In this document: piece after piece, positions 24,844 through 37,200 of the stretch | Layout: every line of letters starts with the position of its first letter | Position numbering within the stretch: the first letter of the stretch is position 1 | DNA from: Perna viridis | Lineage: Eukaryota | DNA length: 64,000 bases | Direction: 5' to 3' | NCBI GenBank assembly: GCA_037379345.1 | Contig: CM074521.1 | Span: 33,380,704-33,444,703, forward strand | Program-made: the position numbers and the translations under genes | The notes under the pieces: generated by a model | The model's database searches: none | What the model was told of the DNA's origin: nothing | What the model saw: the letters and a program-made list of their open reading frames with translations, nothing else

Positions 24844-25201
24844 ATTAAATTTTTCAGAATTTATACGGTAATAACTATAATTAATATTTTATTCAACTCG
24901 GTAGTTTTATTTTGTTGAATGATTTACAGTGCCTTGTTGATTGTTTGGATTCAATAGAAAATGTCAAATATCAGTTCAATTTTGTCATGATAGGGACAGG
25001 GTGCAATCATGTTAACATTGGTACACGTCTGGTCTTGTTTTTGGTAATTAATATTCACCTTTTCAGTCATTTTGTTTAGATTTTACAATGAGTTTTGTAA
25101 CTAGGACATCTTGATAATATATTTTAGAGTATGATAAATATTAGAATGATTAGTACGGGAGTGCGCATTTTTCAGGTTGATTTGTCGGTGTGTAGACATG
25201 T

Positions 25202-25462
25202 AGTTTTATCGGCAATAAGGAGACCAAAGGTAATCCAGAGGCAAACATTTTGCCAGATCAGCGAAATCCACCCTATTTTTATCCTCCCTTTTATCCGTCG
25301 ATGCCGTTTGCTGAAGGTTATCAAGGCACAGGTTTTCCTCCGTTTATGAGACCCCGCTGACCAGGCTTCGGACCTAGATTTCAGCGTACAAGGGGTGCAT
25401 GTTTTTGCTGTAAAGAAACTACACACTTTGTAAATAACTGCCCGGAAATGAAGAGGGAATAG
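25202..25462 (+). pseudogene. Gag-like ORF C-terminus with a CX2CX4HX4C zinc knuckle (YR element)
   Basis: SFIGNKETK...PPYFYPPFYPSMPF...MRPR*PGFGPRFQRTRGACFCCKETTHFVNNCPEMKRE*; knuckle at 25400-25441; one in-frame TGA at a probable CGA. Not in the ORF track. Confidence 0.8.
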
Positions 25463-27181
25463 ACTGTTATTTGTATATGTTATAAATTGTGTATACTGAG
25501 TTTTTATGTTCCATTTTTTGTCAGATCTAATCAGTTTTCTTTCATATTAATGCATATTTTCTTACTTTCATTCCAAAAGAGTCTTATCCTTAAGTGGCTT
25601 TTGTCACGTGGAATAAAGGTTTGAAATCTTTTCTCTGAAATTTTGTTCTTATTTTTTGTAGGAAGGCCCAGTTAAGAGATTTAAATTTAATCTAGTTGTT
25701 CCTGATTGGGAAGTAAATTTGAATTTTGATCCTTTAGAGATTATTGATGACAAAATTGAAGTAAATTGGGTTAATTACAGAGGAAGGGTTCTCAAACCTC
25801 CGTTTCATGTTGATTCCGCTGACGAGGTAGTCACCGGGGATCAATTTGATTTTGAAAATTTCGGAAACATTTTTCTTTCTAAATGATGGAATAAATGTGA
25901 TTTTCTGTCTGAAGGTATCGAATCCCATCAGGAAGTCAGCCATGAAATCTTAAGTTTAGGGGTTCATTCATTCATTCATTCATTGCAGAACCAAAATTTT
26001 GTGCCCAAACTAAATCATCATTCGGTTACTTGGACTGTGGTGGCAGATAGGATAGTGTCATATCTAAGCGACATCACGCGAGAAGTAACAAGAATGATTA
26101 ATCACGCTTACTTCAGGAACTGCTTTGGATGAAGAGAGGCGTATTTCAACTGATTGTAATGTTTCTTGACACAGTTTATGCATTTGCTGCATACTCGCTT
26201 TTTATTTCCATCCTTGATAATTGACTTTTAACACCTGGTTTTGTCAAGCTTTCAGATGCTGTATGTCAGGAATTTTTCATTTTACCAGCCCCCCCCCCCC
26301 CCTTTGCATGTCTTCTCTGGTGTGTACACTCTATGTTACTGAATGCCCCCCAAAATTTTATGCCCAAACTAAATCAGCATTCGGTTACTTGGAGTATGGT
26401 GGCACTTAGTGTCATAAGTCAGCAAGTAAAGGAGCACAATTTGTTCCTTTTGGAATGCCGACCGTTTGTTCAAAAAACACGTCCACCACACTGGACATAT
26501 ATGTTGTCTATTAAAAATTCTAGCATTTTGTAAACATCTTCGTCTGTATATTTGGAAGATGATTTGGAATTATTTCTTACAAAGTATGATGAATTTCTAC
26601 CAAGAACTATATATTTGTTTCTAGGTATACAATCTTTTTGGGAAAAACAACGATGTATAATGTTTTTAAGTCGGGATTTTAACTGAGTATGAGGAATGGA
26701 AGTATACAGTGTTGAAAAATCATAGGTTTTAATGCTATTATATTCAGATAATAGTCTTGAACTGATTGTCTCTAGAGATCTTTCGAATTTTTCAGATTCC
26801 ACATTGAATTAATTCCACTACGGGAGTAACAAGTGTTGTTGTAGGACGGCAGACCCTCTTTGACAGTTGTAAATATAGAAGTTAAAAGTTTTGAAAGAGG
26901 TTTGGTGGTACATTTTGCAGATCCAGATATGAAACTTGTTTGTATGGATTTTTGTGGAGTTTAGGAACCCAGTACATCACAGTCATCGTCTTTGGTAGAG
27001 AGACCAAAAGAGGATAGCACAGATTTATTTTCCACAAACTCTTTTTGGAAAGTGTGGTAGCAGTATAGTTTTTAACACAGCTATTATATTTACGTCTACC
27101 TCTGATAACAGACATTTGACGTAAAACGTTTTGCAGACAAAAACAATATTGTTTTTTGTCTTTGTCTGATGGTACAACTTG

Positions 27182-28099
27182 CTGTCGAACCTCGTTAAGT
27201 TGATGTCGAAGGGACCATGCAAAAATGTTTGAGTTATCCGAGGTTCGAGTAATCCGAGGTCGAGGATAAACCGGAAGTACTATTAGTTTGGTCCATGATT
27301 GTTTCTGTATTTACATCATTTGTTTTTGCTTGTACATGTACATGTAATTCACTTTACACGGTACTTTGTAATATCATGCGTTTCATATCGGAAGATATTT
27401 TTTGTATGTTGTATATCATGTTTGAAATACTGAATGGCACCGAATGTTTAAGTCAAATTTCCTTTTCATTTTTTCTATTTCAAAAACGTCATAGTCCATA
27501 ACATGCTGCTTTGTTTGATTAACAATCAGGAGTATCGTCAAACCATGTGCTCTACAATATTACGATAAAATTTCAGATTCACCAGCAAAACTAATGTAGT
27601 CGTTGAAACACCCTTACTATCGTCTGTTTGATGTTTCGTTAAATAGTCAGATACCATCTAAATTCATCTGTATTTTTTTTTCAAAATATCAAAATATCCG
27701 ATATCACTGTTGGTGTAAATTTCGACGTGTTATTAATACAAATCGTTTCTTTGTACAACACTCGCAATTTTAAATTAATTAAATAAACAAATCAAATCAT
27801 AAAGAGTGTCAACAAATTAATTTTAAAAGCCCCGCTAATTGTTGTCAAAACACACTTCGATCATGCTTTGTAATAAAGCAATCAGTTTTTCGACTAATTA
27901 GTTGACTTCGAGACAACAGGGTTAATTATCATCGAAGTCCTATCGAGGGGACTGATTGATTGCCTCGAGTTACCCGAGTTTTCGAGTCATCCCAAGTAAA
28001 ATAGTATTAGAGTAGGGGGAGTTTTGCTGGGACTTAATAATTAGTACGAGTTATCCGAGATTTCGACTAATCCGAGTTCGACACATCGAGGTTCGACTG
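27182..28099. mobile_element. Tc1/mariner-pogo-type MITE inserted in the Penelope-like RT
   Basis: Ends C(T)GTCGAACCTCG... / ...CGAGGTTCGACTG followed by TA; subterminal tcgagttatccga-type repeats; host frame (IHEKY|VVPSDK) lies on both sides. Confidence 0.8.
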
Positions 28100-28479
28100 T
28101 ATTTTTCATGTATAGTAGACAATGTTTTTGCTACTTTACTGCGTGTTTTATTTGTGTGAACTTAATTTAAAATTAAAAAAAACAAACCTGAAAAGTAATG
28201 TTACAATTCTCTATTGCTATATTTTCTTGCACGTCACGTTGCAATGGATAATTTAAAAAGCATCAAAAATACTTATCACCGAAAAATGATCAGAGCAAAA
28301 GTATCTAACAATGACTGAAAACCAATCAATTGAAATATAAACTAAAAAATTGGAACGGAATGCAATCGAGGTCTATGCCAAAAATAGACAAGAAAGCAGG
28401 GAAACGACTCCATTTATGAGTAACAGAAAACAGTAATATCCATATATTTTTTAAATGAATTATCTATCTTGCAAATTTC

Positions 28480-29900
28480 GAATTCCTGATGTTGTAGAGA
28501 ATCTTCCCAAAATGTCAGTAACATTGTGTTTGTGTTGTTGTCTTTACATATAAGCCACCAACACTTAATCTTTATCTGTAGAAAGTTGGAGATATCAACT
28601 CAACACGTTACAGCTAGACCGTCATTGTCTTCCTTTGGTATTTCCACAAAATACAAACATTGTGATGTCGATCTCGCCAAGTGACTTCCATTTCCGTTCA
28701 AATCAAGTCAAGTCTAATAGATTTGATTTTAAGTCGTTTCACGTAAATAACAATTTACATAAGCTCAACACAGCTTTTCAAACAGACAAAACATACTAAT
28801 TTCCATTTTACCAAGGACATAAATGGCATCCAGCATTAATGTGATACCTGCTATACAAAGAGTCCACACAAATTATTTGATCAAAATATATCTCCTAGTC
28901 TGGTAGCAAAACTTCTTACTACCCTTTACTCGCAACTACAGGAAAATATTGAAAATCAAAGCCACTTTTTTATATAAATAACGAGAAACACCAAGGGTCG
29001 ATTTCACAAAAAAGTGTGAAATTGATCCTTAATTATGACGTGATAATGCTATTTTTTATTGTGACGTCATTACTTACGATCAACTTTATACTTACGACTT
29101 TTTGTGAAATCGACCTCTGCCTTACATACATTGCTATAGAGAGAAATCTTACTAAAAGTGAAAAATAATTCTTGGTTCCTTATGAAATTGTTCTTTGTTG
29201 ACATTACATTTGTACAGTTTGATAGAGTAGTGCTTCAACAAACAGCGTCTATCCCGATGTTCACCAATTGTGATTCATCTGCTCCCTGGTATTTTTCTCT
29301 TCTCTATGAGACTAACGCTGCAATGATGATGTTTTATCAATAAGTTATCCTGGATGTGGTGACTTGATTCAATTTAATTTAAAGGTTTGACATTATGAAG
29401 AGTATGGACACTCTGTCTGAAGTCTATTTTAATCGTGAACTCTAAACGCTTTCTTGAATTTAACATTAAATGATAGCTTGCAATTTAACTCTAATACATA
29501 CTCGACTACTTTGACACATTGGCACCTATCTCTTCATATGTAGTAAAAGTCAAATGCTTCATCATAAAGATAAATTCCTGCCTGCCAATTCAAATTATTT
29601 GCCATTATTTGCGACAATTAATTTGTTTAAAATAGGGCATACACAACCACTACTGATACACGTATACGTGGGCCATAGATTAAGATTGTCACTCCAAAAG
29701 TTCTACGGCCGTCACCGTGATTTCATTTATGATTGACCGATATTATTTTTTATGTTTTATATTCAATGACATTACTTCAGGTTTCTTTACATTTGAAGGC
29801 CGATTTTACTGGCATTTGAATGCAGGTTTGATATCTTGCTCTGCATGTTATCGTAGGTAAGGTCATCTCCTGGGAGTCATTTACGTAGTCAAAATCTTCG
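28480..29900 (+). mobile_element. Heavily decayed Penelope-like RT remnant
   Basis: FFVDITFVQFDRVVLQQTASIPMFTNC and RLRLSLQKFYGRHRD motifs. Confidence 0.65.
28996..29115. mobile_element. 120-bp palindromic MITE (PIF/Harbinger-like termini)
   Basis: TIR GGTCGATTTCACAAAAA / TTTTTGTGAAATCGACC with an imperfectly palindromic interior. Confidence 0.75.
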
Positions 29901-30069
29901 AGATTAGTCCCTCTGATGCCTGTGTTATTTCCCGGCAGGGTAGTATGCATTACCCAATCAGCATCTGTTATAAATAAAAATGATAACATCACACAACTGG
30001 TCCTGATTTCAGATTTGTCAAGGAAAAATGTATCTAATGTTCTACCTACCGTGTATTGGAACTCTGTGC

Positions 30070-30850
30070 AGAATGCTTTAAGTCATCTATATTAGACCTA
30101 TTCTGCTACCACACTCCCAGAAGAAGAGATAATTTAAAACCATAATTCTGTTCTTTCCTCTTTCTGTTTCTCTACAGGAGACGATGATTGTAATCTTCCG
30201 TCAAAATATTGGATTCCAAAACTCTACAAGAATGACAACGAACAAGTCTAAATAGCTGAATCTGCAAAATGTACTACCAAAAATCATACTTACAGCTGTC
30301 AAAGAGGGTCTTCAAGTCTTACAACGACACTTATTACTCTCGTAGTTGCATCGATTCAATGCGGATCCTGAAAATTCCAAAAGATCTTCTGAGGCGAATT
30401 GAAATAAGCAAGACCCATACTTTTCAATCCGTTATATTATTATTTCCTTTGTTCAGTTGGAATCTCGACTTAAAAGAATTACATATCGTTGTTACTCTAA
30501 AAAAAAGATATAACATCTAGATGCAAATACGAAGTACTTGGTTGAGATTCTACGTACTTTGTAATGTAAATAAACAATTCAAAATCATCTTACACATAAA
30601 GATGTTGTCAAAATGCTTGATGAATATTTTTTATATCGACAACATATTTGTCGAGTGTAGTGGACGTGTTATTCAGCAGACGGTCGGGTTGGTATTTAAT
30701 GGGGTCATATTGTGCTTCGCCACTTGCTGACCTTTTCATCACTCTTATGAGGCTAAATTTTATAACTGATTTCATTCAAAAGAAGGAACATCGTGAGCCA
30801 GACCATTTTACTCTCAGTTTCCGCTATAAAGATGAAGGGACACTACCGAC
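30070..30850 (+). mobile_element. Decayed Penelope-like RT fragment
   Basis: LPSKYWIPKLYKN, SAKCTTK, YSRSCIDSMRILK, IDNIFVECSGRVIQQTVG, MGSYCASPLADLF. Confidence 0.8.
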
Positions 30851-31599
30851 ACTATAAAGTAAGCCTCATATCTTTGAGCTTTGCATTCTCAAATAGAGAT
30901 ATTCGAACCCTAATAAGTCATTTCTTTTAGTATTATACTACATCATATCTTAACTTCTTCGTACTTGATGTTACTACCCCTAATCCAATCCACTGCAATG
31001 GTAGTAACAATTTTTTGTTAATGCTGGTGGTTCAGATCATTCTTTAATATATTCTGAGCAAGCTTTCAGTAACTGCGAGCGTTCTCTAAGTGGATATCTC
31101 ATTTTGTCTATATGTATATTGAGATATTCCATGGAGAGAACGATGAATTTTAGGTGTGTTTCTCTGCAGTTTCGATTGTCTTTTACCTTACATTTAAGGT
31201 AGTCAAAGCCTTAAAAAAACTAGTTTAACTCCACCGCAGATTTCATGCGCTTGTCCACAGTTGGGAGATGTTGGTCATTATGCGTCGTTATTTTACATTT
31301 TTGTTTCATTTTGAAGAAGTGTCATCGTTCTGTTGCCGTGAATTTTATAACTTTGGTTTTCGGGGCTTTTCAAAGCTGTTTACACTTACTGGAAACCTTT
31401 TTGTAACCTCTGAAAATATTTATTACATGTAATTTGTATTATGGGACTTATTATTTTTACTGGAATGAGGGACTTCTTATTCTGAGGGGGGGATCTTTTT
31501 TGTTCATGTAGCTATAATGGGGAAATCATTTTTTTTATTCCAACAAAAAGTACCCAATCATACGTTCAATCTGCAGACCATCTATTCCAGTACAAAATT

Positions 31600-32785
31600 C
31601 TGACTATTTCAAAATAATCAAACCATATTCCATCACTCTAAATGATATATTTGACTACAACAATGACGAACCACATCTTATTATATCAAAATATGGTATT
31701 AAAAATTGCAAAACATGCAGCATTCTTATAACCGACTCTTACTTCTCTAGCTCCCTTACAAACAAAACCTTCCATACAAGAAATCACGATGACTTAAGTT
31801 GCAAATTAACAAACTTAATATATGGATTAGACTGCAACTTTTGCGGTCTAATATATGTCGGTGAACCACAAGAACGATTAAATAAAAGATTGTGCGGTCA
31901 TCGTTGGGGAATAAATACCACCATATTCCCGACAGATCATTCAATCCTCTCTATGAAAGTGCTCCTCTGCTTGTTGACATATTCCTTCATAGCTGATCTG
32001 ATCCGGAAGAAGGAATATCATTTAGCTAGATCCTTTAATCTCTGTTTCCGCCATATAGATGACGTATTATTTTTAAACAATCCTAATTTCAGGGATTTAA
32101 TACATCGCATCTACTCCAAAGAACTTGAGATAAATAGTATTACAGAAACTGTAAAGTCAGCCTCATATCTTGACCTACACTTGGAAATAGATGGTAAAGG
32201 AAAACTATTGACCAAACTTTAGGACAAACGTGATGTCTTTTCATTCCTAATTGTCAACTTTCCTTTCATCTGAGGCAACATCCCTTCAGCACCTGTGTGT
32301 GGAGTGTTCATATCACAACTCATACGTTATGCCAGAGCTTGCCGAAACTATGCAGACTTTTTGGATCGCGCTAGACTTCTAACAAATAGGCTTCTGGAAC
32401 AGGGTTATGTTGGTACAAGATTGAAGTCAACACTACAGAAGCTTTATGGTTGTCATGATGAACTCATGAATCGCTACGGTGTATCCATTTGCGCCATAAA
32501 AGCTGATTTGTTCAACTTGTCATAGTTTTCCTTTCCTCTTTCGTCTACCCCGGACATAACTTTTTATGAGCAACTCGGTGGGTGTTTTTAGAAAAGCAGA
32601 GGTGCATCTGGTCCATGCTCCCAGTTTTTAGTGGTGTTCGAGTTGCTCATTTGCTTTTGTTACTTTGTGTGATTTTAGTTACTTTATTTTCTTTGTTGTG
32701 CATGTCTGTTTTCCATGTCTGGTCTTTGTCCCTGGATTACATTATTTTGATTACAACTATAAAATTGGTTCCCTTGATTACCCTT
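31600..32785 (+). mobile_element. Naiad-type Penelope-like element: N-terminal GIY-YIG endonuclease joined by internal deletion to the RT C-terminal half and 3' UTR
   Basis: About 31685-31960 reads KNCKTCSIL...DLSCKLTNLIYGLDCNFCGLIYVGEPQERLNKRLCGHR...DHSILSMKV, followed by FRHIDDVLFLNN, SASYLDL, SQLIRYARAC, LKSTLQKLYG. Confidence 0.88.
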
Positions 32786-32831
32786 TCTGTACTAAATGAA
32801 AAAAGGGGATAATTTTTTATTTAAAAAATTG

Positions 32832-32925
32832 TTATTTTGTAGCAACATAACCTTGTTCCGGAAGCCTAATTGTAAGAAATCTAGCGCGGTACAAACAGTC
32901 TGAGTAGTTACGGCAAGCTTTCAAA
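32832..32925 (-). mobile_element. Short inverted Penelope-like RT fragment
   Basis: ACRNYSDCLYRARFLTIRLPEQGYVATK, homologous to 32337-32420 in the opposite orientation. Confidence 0.8.
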
Positions 32926-33039
32926 AAGAAAAAAAAACTATATTTCATTTGGGGTAGCTTTGAGCTTTCAAACAATGCAGAAGTTAAATAGAGCATTTTG
33001 ACAACGCTTTTTAACTGCATATAAAATGTACTTCCAAAC

Positions 33040-34800
33040 CTCTTTTGTAAGTATTAACTTGTTACTCTCGTAGTATTATAAATTCAATGTGGATCGTGGA
33101 ATATTCGAAAGATCTTCTTGTATCTCTCAATGCTAGATTTTTTTCAGAATTTAATAGAAATAAGATCTATGATTTTTCAACTCTTTATACCACTATTCCC
33201 AATGCTCAATTAAATCACCGACTCAAAATCAGTATGCATCGTTTTTACTCTAAAAACGGTGGGAACAAAAAAAAAAAGATTCCGAATAGTTTTCTAAGTA
33301 CCAAAGATGACATTATTTTATTCTAATTGACAAAATGTTTGTCCAGTGTGCATGGTGGACATGTTTCTGAATAGACGGTCTGCATTCTGCAAATTGTGCT
33401 CAGGTACTTGCTGACCCATGCCTTCTCTCAAAAGAGGCTGACTTTATAGCCATCTTAATAAAACATACTATTTTAGCCAGATCCTTTTGTCTCAGCATCC
33501 ACTACATAGATGACGTTTTATCTTGAAACAATCCAAGATTATGGTATTGTACGAATTTACCTCAATGAGATGAGCTTTAGATGAAGGAAACTAGAGAAAA
33601 TGTCAGCCTCAGATCTTTACCTACTCTAAAAGATCGATTGAAAAGAAAACATACAGATTTACATACATATTTGGTTCGTCAACCTTCTTTTCGTCTGTGT
33701 CAACATCCCTTCAGCATCTGCATAATGAGTTTTTAATAACTCATTTCTTTTGCCAGAGCTTGCCCAAACTACGCAAAATCGCATCATTAGAACAGTTTTT
33801 TTACCATAGCATATTTTTTTTATCTTTTTGGGACATTTTTTGAGCAATTACACTAGTGTTTCTAGCTTAACGAAAGGTGCTCACCCGCCTAGTGTTCCTT
33901 GCCAAAGCTCCTAGTTTAGAGTGGACTGTGGGTTGCTCATTTACATTTTTGATTCTATGTGCATGTTGTTTTGGTTATTTTATGTTCTTTGTTGTGCATG
34001 CCTATAGTTTACTAGTATTTTTTTCCCTGGATTATACTCTTTTCAAATCATTCTGGTGATTTCTAGGACTGTGTAATCTAATATATAGTGGCTCAGAATA
34101 ATGATAATGTTAAACATTTTGGCTTTCAATATATTTTGTTCATGCAGTTTGAAGGATATTTATAACAGACGACGAGCATATTTTGTTGGACACATTATCT
34201 TCGCAAAACAAACCAAGTTGACATATCCTTCAACTTTCAGGTTCCACTACCTATATGATATTTAACTATATATTGGTGACTACCTTCATATCATCTGTTC
34301 CAAAGATCTTGAAATGAAGCCAAAAACACAACAGAAACACCAAAACTGCCTCTTATCTTGGCCTTTATCTCGAAATTGACAGTAACGGAAAGCTTAAAAA
34401 AACTATAACAAATGCAACATTGTTAAAGGTAATTGTGAAAAGTCTTTCATAGAAGTTATATTACAAAAGACATGTCAAAAGTTGAGATAAAACAATCATT
34501 CGCTTTGTCGGAAAAATTGATAATTATATCGATGAACTAGATTGGGTTTAGCGGCTTACAAAACCTACTTGGACATAATTGTGTTATCCAAGTCTCAACG
34601 TTAACGGTTCTACGGTCGTTAGGTATATCATGACCAGACAGTCCGTTTCAGATATGATGAATAACGTTCTGGAAGAGGCATGAATCATTTTCAAAACACT
34701 TGAAAGTTCTCCCTTAGTTTTTAGTAGTGCTCTTGGTGTTCGTGTCTTCATGTTCGTTTTATTATAATCTGCTGGGATTCTTTTCGTTCATACCTGTTAT
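33040..34800 (+). mobile_element. Two further degenerate Penelope-like remnants
   Basis: MWIVEYSKDLL, YDFSTLYTTIPNAQL, HYIDDVLS, and a 3' UTR at about 33870-34060 similar to 32600-32780. A second copy has ASYLGLYLEIDSNGKL and cggttctacggtcgt. Confidence 0.7.
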
Positions 34801-35849
34801 TCTAAATACAATTTACATTTTATTATTCAAACCTGAAGTTTTAAATTAAAAAAACTTTATTTTCATGGTATGTACCCTTTTAATATCCAATAGGAGCCAC
34901 AAAAATTAATAATTTACGTAATTTTAACAGTTAACAGGTTAAATTAACAGTTAAACAGTAGTATTGAAAATATGTATCTGATTTACAAAGTCCGGTATGC
35001 TCTGTAGATGTCATCTATATTGTGTTGGCATAACATGTAACAAACAACCGCTAGGTATCAACTTGCTTGTTCAGTAGTACTCCAGCTAAGAATCATGCAA
35101 AATGTTTATACATATTTGTATTTTTGATATTTTATTTAAAATGTTATAGTAAGCAGAAATTAACATGTGGCTGTTCAAATAATCCCTGTTCATAGGAGAT
35201 ATAAATAACAAAGAATGTACTATATAATTCAAAATGAAGGAGACAACTCTGTAAACGATACTGAAATACAATAGAAACCAATGAGCTTTAAATGTGAATT
35301 ACCTCCTGAAAACAGACAGATTGGGATGAATGATAACATTTCATCGTATAGGCCCATAAAAACAACTTAATACCAAAAATAAAAATGTGCAGCCTTTTTT
35401 TGAGTGTATTACATATTACAGAAATTGCACGATTCTTACAAAGACTGTTACTAAAAATCCCGTGAAAAGTATCTATGCAAAGAAAGATTCCACTTGTAAT
35501 TTCTAAAATAATTCCGGGAAAAGAATTCATGCAGCCCAGTTGTACATGACGCAATTAGATGAACAGGAATTATAGGGAATGAAATGTATTGGTCAATGTT
35601 AGGAAGAAAACCGTCCGTAAATATAAAGATTGTTTAACGAAATATCCGACAATGTGAGCAATATACTGAATTGACTAACTATTAAATATAGTGTACTTTA
35701 TTAATTCAAGTTTTTTCGTAATTCAACCTAGAGATTATTTTTTCGGCATCACAAAAGCTGACACCGAAAGAGAAATGTAGCATGCGTTCTACAATTACCA
35801 GTATTTTAAACAGTTTCTTTTATTATCTTTCCTAATAGTTTATCATTTT

Positions 35850-37200
35850 TGTTCAATTTGGTTATGACATGACATGATGTATTCGACTTTCTACTTTTAG
35901 TCTAAAGGACGCACGATTTGGCTAGTTTTGCAATGGCATATTTTATCATATAGTGGCAGAGTCGTATTCCTCAGGATCTGTTCATTATCTACCGTACAGT
36001 AACCTACTAATAAATATACATTACTGTACAAGAAATCGATTAGTTACATCAATTTTTATGAAATTTCTTCCGCCATAAAGAAACTACTAGTACTTTTTTT
36101 ATAGTTTTTTCCTGCAATTTGAATACGGATTGTTGCAACTTACCGAAGTCATGTTTATGACCCTTTTTTTACTTTCTTTGGGTAGGTAAAGCTTGAAATG
36201 GATATCATTTGTTCCTCTTCATAAAAGGCATGGGCGAAGTGTTCATATAACAGTTTAACCTTTGACAGATAATACATTCTTTGATGATAGAAATGTCATT
36301 GAACATTTTCGAATATGTACTACCGGTATATTATGTTCGATTTGAGATAGGTATGTTTCTTTACAAAAAATCCATAAAAGCTTTTCATGTTCTATTTGCT
36401 AACTTTCTCCTAATCTTTCTCAGAAACGTTTTGGTCTTAATATAATTGCAACATGTTTATATTCTTTAAGAATTTTTGGTCAAGTATCAGTATTAACCCC
36501 AATTCTTCTTGATTAGAGAAAAGCAATCACATTTCTTTGTCTTGCAGTGGTTGATTCTGAACTTCCAATCTATGCAAAAATTATCAAGTTCATACAAACA
36601 ATGCTTCAAATCCTCCCGGAGATGTATATACTGAGTCACCTGTGTATGGTTGATACATAGTTGTTCAGAATAACTGGCTCATAAACATCTTTGTGATATG
36701 ATTTGATATTATCAAATTAAGAGAATAAATGTCAAATACTGGTTTCTCATATCCTCTTGGTAATTTCTCTTTAAAGGTGACTTTCAATTTGCGTCATAAC
36801 AAAATGATACTCACAAAAAAATTGGAACCCACAAAATTATTTGAACAGGATATACATATATATATCAGTATCATACGGAGATTGACATACACAGAAATAA
36901 ATAAATTCAAAGACTAATTCAATCAGGTTAATAAGAAATGTCCAAAGTGTTATGAGACTATCGAAGATTCAAGAATAAACCTGTTACACTTTACATAATT
37001 TTAAAATAGACAACAAGATATCATATACTGGGCTTCCACATAAATGACACTGTCCATCTTTTGGTTAACCAACCCATAGGTAAGCAATTCGCTTAAAATT
37101 ATCAATTTTTAGGTTTCCACTGTGTCTAGCGAATTGCCAAATTAAGTCGATCATTGGGTGCTTCTAAACTTGAAGAATCGAGAAAAGTCACGGTATTTCG
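35850..37200 (-). mobile_element. Old, highly degenerate LINE (RTEX-like) remnant; the array's left breakpoint falls inside it
   Basis: Minus strand about 36620-36520 reads KHCLYELDNFCIDWKFRINHCKTK, typical of the region just after the RT YADD motif. Boundaries are approximate. Confidence 0.5.

Larger units (their letters stand above)
24232..26416 (+). mobile_element. Internally deleted tyrosine-recombinase (DIRS-order, PAT/Ngaro-type) retrotransposon with split direct repeats
   Basis: A1 (24232 to about 24303) ... B1 (25991-26062) abutting A2 (26060 to about 26131) ... B2 (26350-26416). A shared ATA core sits at both ends and at the internal B-A junction. Removing the element restores the host codons LADLFIHSYE. 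Gag-like CCHC knuckle inside. Confidence 0.88.
22880..28200 (-). mobile_element. Penelope-like retroelement (Naiad-type RT) split by three younger insertions
   Basis: Reassembled RT motifs: VVPSDK..NNIVFVCK, MYWVPKLHKNPYK, TYDFSTLYTSIPH, EFLIDNIYV, GTNCAPLLADLFIHSYE, FNLSFRYI, SASHLDL, LKSSLQKFYGRHHELVDRY, then the 3' UTR to about 22880. No endonuclease follows the RT. Confidence 0.9.

Noticed and set aside
32271-32273. Selenocysteine TGA in the Naiad-type RT (some Naiads are selenoproteins)
   Set aside because: It is at a Cys position, but the sister copy has TGT there (about 23395), this copy also carries a TAG at 32220-32222, and no SECIS was recognised. A point mutation is simpler.
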